From: Paramoeba atlantica | Taxonomy: Eukaryota; Protista; Discosea | DNA length: 64,000 nucleotides | NCBI GenBank assembly: GCA_977017575.1 | Contig: CDRNVI010000203.1 | Coordinates: forward strand, 62,001 to 126,000 | Direction of reading: 5' to 3' | Shown: positions 1-5,580 of the stretch, piece after piece | Numbering within the stretch: position 1 is the stretch's first letter | How the letters are laid out: the number at the start of each line of letters is the position of its first letter | The notes under the pieces: generated by a model | Databases searched by the model: none | What the model was told of the DNA's origin: nothing | Seen by the model: the letters and a program-made list of their open reading frames with translations, nothing else | Made by a program: the position numbers and the translations under genes

Positions 1-281
1 CAATGTTTTCATTTCATTCATAACATTTTCACGTTAACTTCGTTCAACTAACTTGAATTTTATTAAAATTATGATTCATAAAATAATTTTTTCATTGCTA
101 AAAATAGAATCGCAATGGAAATTATTATGAAACAAGTTTTAATAATTCAAACTTAAGTTTGAACTCGAGTTATAAAATTTTAATAACATTAATATATACT
201 TTTAAATAACTTCTATAATTAATTCAAAAGAGAATTTATAATTATGAACTTATAAAACTATATTTAATGATTTAAAAATTT

Positions 282-410
282 AATAACTTGTTCTAATGTT
301 TTCAATGTAATACGATATTTACGATATATGATCTTCTTTGTTCCAAAATCAGATGTTGATTATCGTACATTCTTATTACATGAAAACAAAGAACAGCTAC
401 GGATAAGAAC
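282..410 (-). ncRNA. Scaffold hairpin with variable arms, cassette A, minus strand (candidate small-RNA precursor)
   Basis: 298-387 is a reverse-complement copy of the scaffold. On the minus strand the arms GTAGCTGTTCTTT / ATTAGAACAAGTTATT pair with G-U wobbles. Present in all A units (1,4,5,6,7,9,10,11). Confidence 0.55.
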
Positions 411-805
411 TGAAATGCCTTCCATATACCGAGATACTTTAAATTGATTATAGATAAATTTTCTAAAATATTTAATTACAAAAATAATTTAAAATATTAT
501 TTACAAAACTTATAAATATAATCAATAAAAGTATACGTTATAAAGGAGCGCATAGTTCCTATCACTTTTAAATACGCTATTTTCCTTGATAAAAAAAATC
601 ACTGGAAAATTAGCAGTCTTTAAAGAACTTCGATACAAAAAAGTATCTTGACAATCTCTGTTGTTTTTGTTACAAAAAAATAGTAAATAACTTCAAACAT
701 ATATACAAAATTAAACGTGTATAAAAAAAGAAAAACATACACTTTGATACATTCAATCAAAAAAGATCTCAATCATGTATCATTAACTTTAGCATATATG
801 TAAGA

Positions 806-957
806 AGTTCCTTGGTGATTAATTCTTTTACGGTTTTCATGTAATAAACATGTACGATAATCAACATCTGATTTTAACTCAAAGCAGAGTAATCATCGTT
901 AAATATCGTACAAAAGTTATTACAAAGAAAACTGCTAAGAATTATCATCAGGAAATT
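806..957 (+). ncRNA. Scaffold hairpin with variable arms, cassette A, plus strand
   Basis: Scaffold 833-932. The 5' arm AGTTCCTTGGTGATTAATTCTTTTACG pairs with the 3' arm TGCTAAGAATTATCATCAGGAAATT (TTCC/GGAA, TGGTGAT/ATCATCA, AATTCTT/AAGAATT). Confidence 0.65.
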
Positions 958-1244
958 GCACTAAGATTTCCTTCAGAAATTCAAGTACAAATATCCGCTT
1001 AACTTATAAAAAGATATAAGTAGCTTCTATATATATTTTTTTATCGAAAAAACGATAAATAAATAAAGATCATGATAAGATTTCTACGAAATTCAATCAT
1101 GAAGCATACACTATAGTGTATGCAAATTATTACAAAAATAATAATTTTAAAATTTTTTTCTTCGTAATTCAAAGAAGAATTTACTTGAAAAAAAATATAA
1201 ATTTTAATGTTTTCGTGTTTAACTACAACTTAAATTTATATATA

Positions 1245-1698
1245 TTTCGTTAAATTAAGAGAATAATTAAACGAAACTGTTACTCGGCAAAAATAAGGGA
1301 ATTTTTGAGTAACAGACCGTTCAAATTGAAAACAAAAAAACAATTTGCACGGCAATTCTTGGGGTTTTTACGCCTCACGGCTTCGTGATCGGACTAAAGA
1401 GCAGTAGCGAGAGCAAGAAAGTTTGCAGGGGTAGTTGAGTTAGCTATTCCCGGTGGTAGCTAACCTCGATTCCTTAGTCTTTAGTTGTGGTAATTTGGGA
1501 TAGCGAAGTAAAATTTTTAAAGTTCGCTATCGACAATTACTATTCTCTTTCATCTTTTGGCGTGCATTGCTAATTGATCCCAATAGACAATCACATTCAG
1601 AAACGATCGTAGCTTTACCTATATGTATGTAAAATATCATACATAAGAATCAATAAGATCTGTTTCGTCTCCTCTTTTTTCTTTTAAAATAGCAGGAC
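1245..1698 (+). ncRNA. ~450 nt multi-helix structured RNA of unknown class with group I-like core motifs; one per unit
   Basis: Helices include CTGTTACTC/GAGTAACAG, CAAATTG/CAATTTG, TGCACG/CGTGCA, GTTAGCTA/TAGCTAAC, GATAGCGAA/TTCGCTATC, TATGTATG/CATACATA and GAAAC/GTTTC. Three compensatory pair changes occur between unit variants. G-U pairs favour the + strand. Confidence 0.7.
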
Positions 1699-2081
1699 TA
1701 ATCTATATTATATAATTATTATTCAACTTTTTTAATTATATTTTATCTGCTTGAACACCATAGTTCGATAAAAAATAAATAAAAAGATGAATAAATAACT
1801 AAAAAATAAAGATAGACAAGAACAAGAATAGTTTAGTTTAATTCCGTGTTAAATCCTCAATCCTTAAGTCGGATTTGTCACTCCATATACGATCAAACTT
1901 TATTTACTTAAATTTTTACAAAGATAGTAAAATTAAAAGTATAAAGATGATCTAGCTCACCAGTTTTATTTAAATTAAAATCTTACACAATGATTTTATA
2001 TTTATAAACTACTCGCTTCCATCGACCCTCGACTTTGTTGAAGTTTAAGTTTTTGAGTTTACGATATTAAAGAGAAAAAAA

Positions 2082-2227
2082 ATATTATTGCGCTCTATTG
2101 GTGGGGCTTTCGTTAGATTATTAAAAGCTCAACGTCATTGTTCGCGTTTTACGTTACACTCCACAAGCTAAACAAGTGCGTTCTGCCTTAATAATCACTA
2201 CCCCTCACCAAAAGGTCGCAATAATAT
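2082..2227. ncRNA. ~146 nt closed multibranch fold-back element; one per unit
   Basis: An 11 bp terminal stem ATATTATTGCG/CGCAATAATAT encloses GGTG-GGG/CCC-T-CACC, GATTATT/AATAATC and AACGT/ACGTT. Confidence 0.4.
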
Positions 2228-2590
2228 ATGTTTTTAGCGTTTAAGATCTGGAGACCATTTTCAAAATAGAAAATGTCAATCGCTTTTTTCTTACGCAAGT
2301 ACGTCAAAAAAATCGTTTTTCTCCATGAGCTAAAACGAGTTAGTTCGATCGGGTGTTTTTTGATGCTTTTTTTGGATCGCAGCTTCAACAAAAAAAAATT
2401 TCCACTGCTGTTTTCCAACAAAGAAAATTATAAAAAAATAATTTTGTTGTTGTCAAATACGATCTTTTAAAATATAAAATTTTTTTTATCGTTATAAATT
2501 TTATTCCAACATAAATTTGTTGGAAAAGTAACAGTAAAAAGTTGTTAATGAAAAAAAATAAATTCATTAACAACAACGTTGATGAAAAAT

Positions 2591-3065
2591 AACAATCAAC
2601 GCTGTTAAATTTCCAACAAAATAATGTCAGAAAAAAATTTCTGCCGAAATAATTTAGCTGATTAAATTTTTATCACGACAAAAATATTTTTTTGTTGATC
2701 AATTAAATCGTTATTAACAAAAAAGTTATAACGCTGTTAATTTTCCAACATAAAAATTTTTTATCTCTCAAAAAATATTTTTTGATGTTCAAAGTTATCG
2801 TTTGATAACAAAAAAGTTATAACGCTGTAACTTTTCCAACAAAAAAATTTTTTTTCGTGTTAAAAATTATTTTTGATCAATAAAAATTATTTTCGATGTT
2901 CAAATTCATCGTTTGATAACAAAAAAGTTATAACGCTGTTAATTTTCCATCAAAAATTATTTTTTTTGCTTCAAAAATTTTTTTTAACATAAAAATTTAT
3001 GATGATGATTACAAAACCAGTGTTGCAACTCAAAAAAGTTGTTTAACACTGTGAATTTTCCATCA
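2591..3065 (+). repeat. Internal degenerate sub-repeat (AACAAAAAAGTTATAACGCTGTTAATTTTCCA) with ~90-110 bp spacing
   Basis: Core copies at 2716, 2807 and 2918; degenerate copies near 2591 and 3027. Same layout in every unit. Confidence 0.85.
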
Positions 3066-3429
3066 ACATCATAATTTTTATTTAAAAATTTTAATCAAAA
3101 TCAATTTTATAAACATTTTTTGTAAAAAAATTAAAATTTTTACTGGAAAATTACGGTGAGATGCATAAAAATTAGATTTAAACATAAATTTATGCAAACT
3201 ACCGTTTAATTTCCAACAAAATTTAAATTTTTTTCATTCAAAAATAGATTTTTTTAATTTTTCGCTGACAAAATTGAAAAAAAATTGAATTTTCATTCAA
3301 AAAGTTGTAAAATTGAGTCTCAGGATGAAAAAGTGGAAAAAGACCACATTTTATCAATTCGACGCTAAATTAGCAAAAAATTTCAATTTCTACACCTAAA
3401 TGACTGTAGAAATTGGTGTTTTCCTACAA

Positions 3430-4160
3430 TTTTGTGGAAATCCCTGACAAACACTGCTAAATTTCCAACAAAAAGTCAATTTGCAGGTGCTGCCCGTGGA
3501 TTTTCCAACAAAATACTAGCAAAACTACTCAAAATGCTATTTTTCCGGCAGAAAACCGTCAAAATCTGCTTTTTCTGGGCAGGAATGACAAAAACGGCCC
3601 AAAAAAGGCCCTGTCATTTTGCCCAAAAACGCAGTATTTTTTCCTGTTCTGGCCTGCAAATTAGCGGATGTCCAAGTGCCCCAAAAAAAGTGACTTGCAC
3701 TCCGAGCCGACTCGAAAAGTCGTATTTTCCGGCAGAAACGAAAAAATATGCCACATTTTGTCCGACGATTATTTACAACTTTTTCTCGCATCCCATCATA
3801 GCGATTTTGCGGATCTGCAGGTTGGGAGGGAGCCAACTGCATTTTTTGGCCGTTTTGAACCCGTTTTGTAAAAAATCGCATATATAAACTCCTTAATTTC
3901 CCCTCAGAAATCTGCCACTTTTGGAGACCAAAAAGTGTTTTGCAGAATCTAAAGTGGAAAATAGGAGTTTTTTGACCCGATTTTGTGAACAAAACTGGCA
4001 TCAAAAACTATTCCAAATGCTCCAATCCGAATTTCAGCTATTGAACACTAAAAATGCTGAAAATCGCTATTTCGCACTGGAATTCCGCCAAAACTCCTTT
4101 TCAATGCGTATTTTGGGCGAGAAAACCGTCGATTTTATAATTTTTAAACTTTTTTTTGTA
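3430..4160. repeat. GC-richer, inverted-repeat-rich segment of the unit (possibly MITE/fold-back derived)
   Basis: Nested imperfect inverted repeats (GGGCAGGAATGACA/TGTCATTTTGCCC, TGCAG-GTTGG/CCAAC-TGCA, GCGATTTT/AAAATCGC), direct repeats of TTTTCCGGCAGAAA and TTTCCAACAAAA, and frequent short A/T tracts. Confidence 0.5.
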
Positions 4161-4425
4161 TAATTTATCATTTTTAGCGCGGATTTCTATAATTTCTCGC
4201 ATAATTTATTAGTTTTATAGCGTTGTAGTTAAAATTTTCATAATTTTATCATCAAAGTCATCATTTTTCTATAATTTCAAACAAAATTATTAAAAAAAAT
4301 GTTGTCTCAGACGAAAAAATTGCATGAAAGTTGTTAAACAACACTAAAACTAAAAAAATATCCCGCAGAAATTAAAAAACCGTGATAAAAATTTATAAAT
4401 TCAAAAGAAAAATTTAAAAATCTTA

Positions 4426-4486
4426 AAAATTTATGATGAAATCATCTTCTTTGTACCAAAATCAGATGTAAACATCAAAAAATTTT
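4426..4486 (-). ncRNA. Truncated (apical-only) copy of the scaffold hairpin; one per unit
   Basis: ATCATCTTCTTTGTACCAAAATCAGATGT (4441-4469) is identical to the apical part of the cassette B minus scaffold but is closed by a different stem (GATG/CATC plus A/T tracts). Confidence 0.45.
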
Positions 4487-4819
4487 TTTAAAATCACTAG
4501 TTGAAACCATCGTCTATGGTTTCTTTTGTTAATGATCAATGTTTTCATTTCATTCATAACATTTTCACGTTAACTTCGTTCAACTAACTTGAATTTTATT
4601 AAAATTATGATTCATAAAATAATTTTTTCATTGCTAAAAATAGAATCGCAATGGAAATTATTATGAAACAAGTTTTAATAATTCAAACTTAAGTTTGAAC
4701 TCGAGTTATAAAATTTTATAAATTTAAATTATAATTTCAATCATTTCTATAATTAATTCAATAGAGAATTTATAATTATGAAACTATGAAACTATATTTA
4801 ATGATTTAAAATTTAATAA

Positions 4820-4951
4820 TCCCTGTATGTGTTCTTTATGTTTTCAATGTCTGATGATATGTTCGATATATCATCTTCTTTGTACCAAAATCAGATGTTG
4901 ATTATCGTACATTCTTATTACATGAAAACAAAAAAGAACATACAACAGGGA
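4820..4951 (-). ncRNA. Scaffold hairpin with variable arms, cassette B, minus strand
   Basis: Scaffold 4840-4929. Minus-strand arms TCCCTGTTGTATGTTCTTTTTT / ATAAAGAACACATACAGGGA pair. Second copy in unit 3 (+4656). Confidence 0.65.
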
Positions 4952-5074
4952 AATACTAAGATACTTTAATAACTATTATGTATATAAATTGATCGAATAT
5001 ATAATTACAAAAATAATTTAAAATATTCAATAATATTAAATATATATAGTTATTAAAGTGATCTTGTATCCTAG

Positions 5075-5217
5075 TTCATGTCGATTCTTTTAGGTTTTCA
5101 TGTAATAAGAATGTACGATAATCAACATCTGATTTTGACTCAAAGTAGAGTAATCATCGTTAAATATCAGTACAAAACTTATTACAAAGAAAACAACTAA
5201 TAAAGCATCGACATGAA
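5075..5217 (+). ncRNA. Scaffold hairpin with variable arms, cassette B, plus copy 1
   Basis: Scaffold 5094-5194. Arms TTCATGTCGATTCTTTTAG / AACTAATAAAGCATCGACATGAA include a perfect 11 bp TTCATGTCGAT/ATCGACATGAA. Confidence 0.7.
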
Positions 5218-5437
5218 ATTCTGCTAAGATTTCTACGAAATTCAAGCAGAAAATTACACTAAGATTTCCTATAGAAATTCAAGTGTAAACAAACATTAGT
5301 ATTGCAAAAACAATCTATGTTTGTATTAAAAAAAACACATCTAGAACAATATAATATAAATCAATAAAAATATTTAATTACAAAAATAATATAAAATATA
5401 ATTTATAAATTTATTATTAAAATGATCTAGATGAACA

Positions 5438-5580
5438 TATTCCTGGGTATTCTAATGTGGTTTTCATGTAATAAACATGTACGATAATCAACATCTGATT
5501 TTGACTCAAAGTAGAGTAATCATCGTTAAATATCGTATAAAGTTTATTAATAATAAAACCACAAAGGAATCCAAGGAATA
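5438..5580 (+). ncRNA. Scaffold hairpin with variable arms, cassette B, plus copy 2
   Basis: Scaffold 5460-5559. Arms TATTCCTGGGTATTCTAATGTG (22 nt) / CACAAAGGAATCCAAGGAATA (21 nt) pair with mismatches and a U-G wobble. Confidence 0.7.

Noticed and set aside
833-932. CRISPR array or natural sgRNA: the scaffold begins GTTTTC, its first 33 nt end in AAC, and it forms a repeat:anti-repeat-like duplex after a variable ~20-25 nt segment
   Set aside because: No regular repeat-spacer-repeat periodicity, no cas/IscB/TnpB gene in the window, the context looks eukaryotic, and each variable segment has its own complement 3' of the scaffold. Kept only as an architectural analogy.
1358-1372. Minus-strand AAAAACCCCAAG resembling a G4T4 telomerase template
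   Set aside because: It is not a 1.5x telomere repeat, and wobble pairs favour the + strand for this RNA.
1271-1668. Terminal helix ACGAAAC/GTTTCGT closing the RNA as in RNase P/MRP, with GGGAATTTTTGAG or AAGAAAGTTTG as a CR-I-like motif
   Set aside because: The G1662-to-A variant is compensated at 1604, not at 1277; 1270-1276 already pairs locally with TTTCGTT (1245-1251); and no consistent P4 partner was found.
2188-2576. 77, 65 and 63 aa ORFs (and the 95 aa ORF in some units)
   Set aside because: Low-complexity products of homopolymer runs. The 63 and 95 aa ORFs appear and disappear with single-base indels between units.
3432-4163. Overlapping 151, 155, 67 and 80 aa ORFs repeated in each unit
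   Set aside because: They overlap on both strands, are K/F-rich translations of A/T tracts, show no recognisable domain, and variant units differ by unconstrained amino-acid changes. Persistence is explained by repeat identity.
1-4536. rDNA, 5S, tRNA, histone or spliced-leader tandem repeat
   Set aside because: I found no conserved rRNA/5S motifs, tRNA cloverleaf, histone ORF, or SL/U-snRNA signature on either strand by eye. An Rfam scan is still needed.
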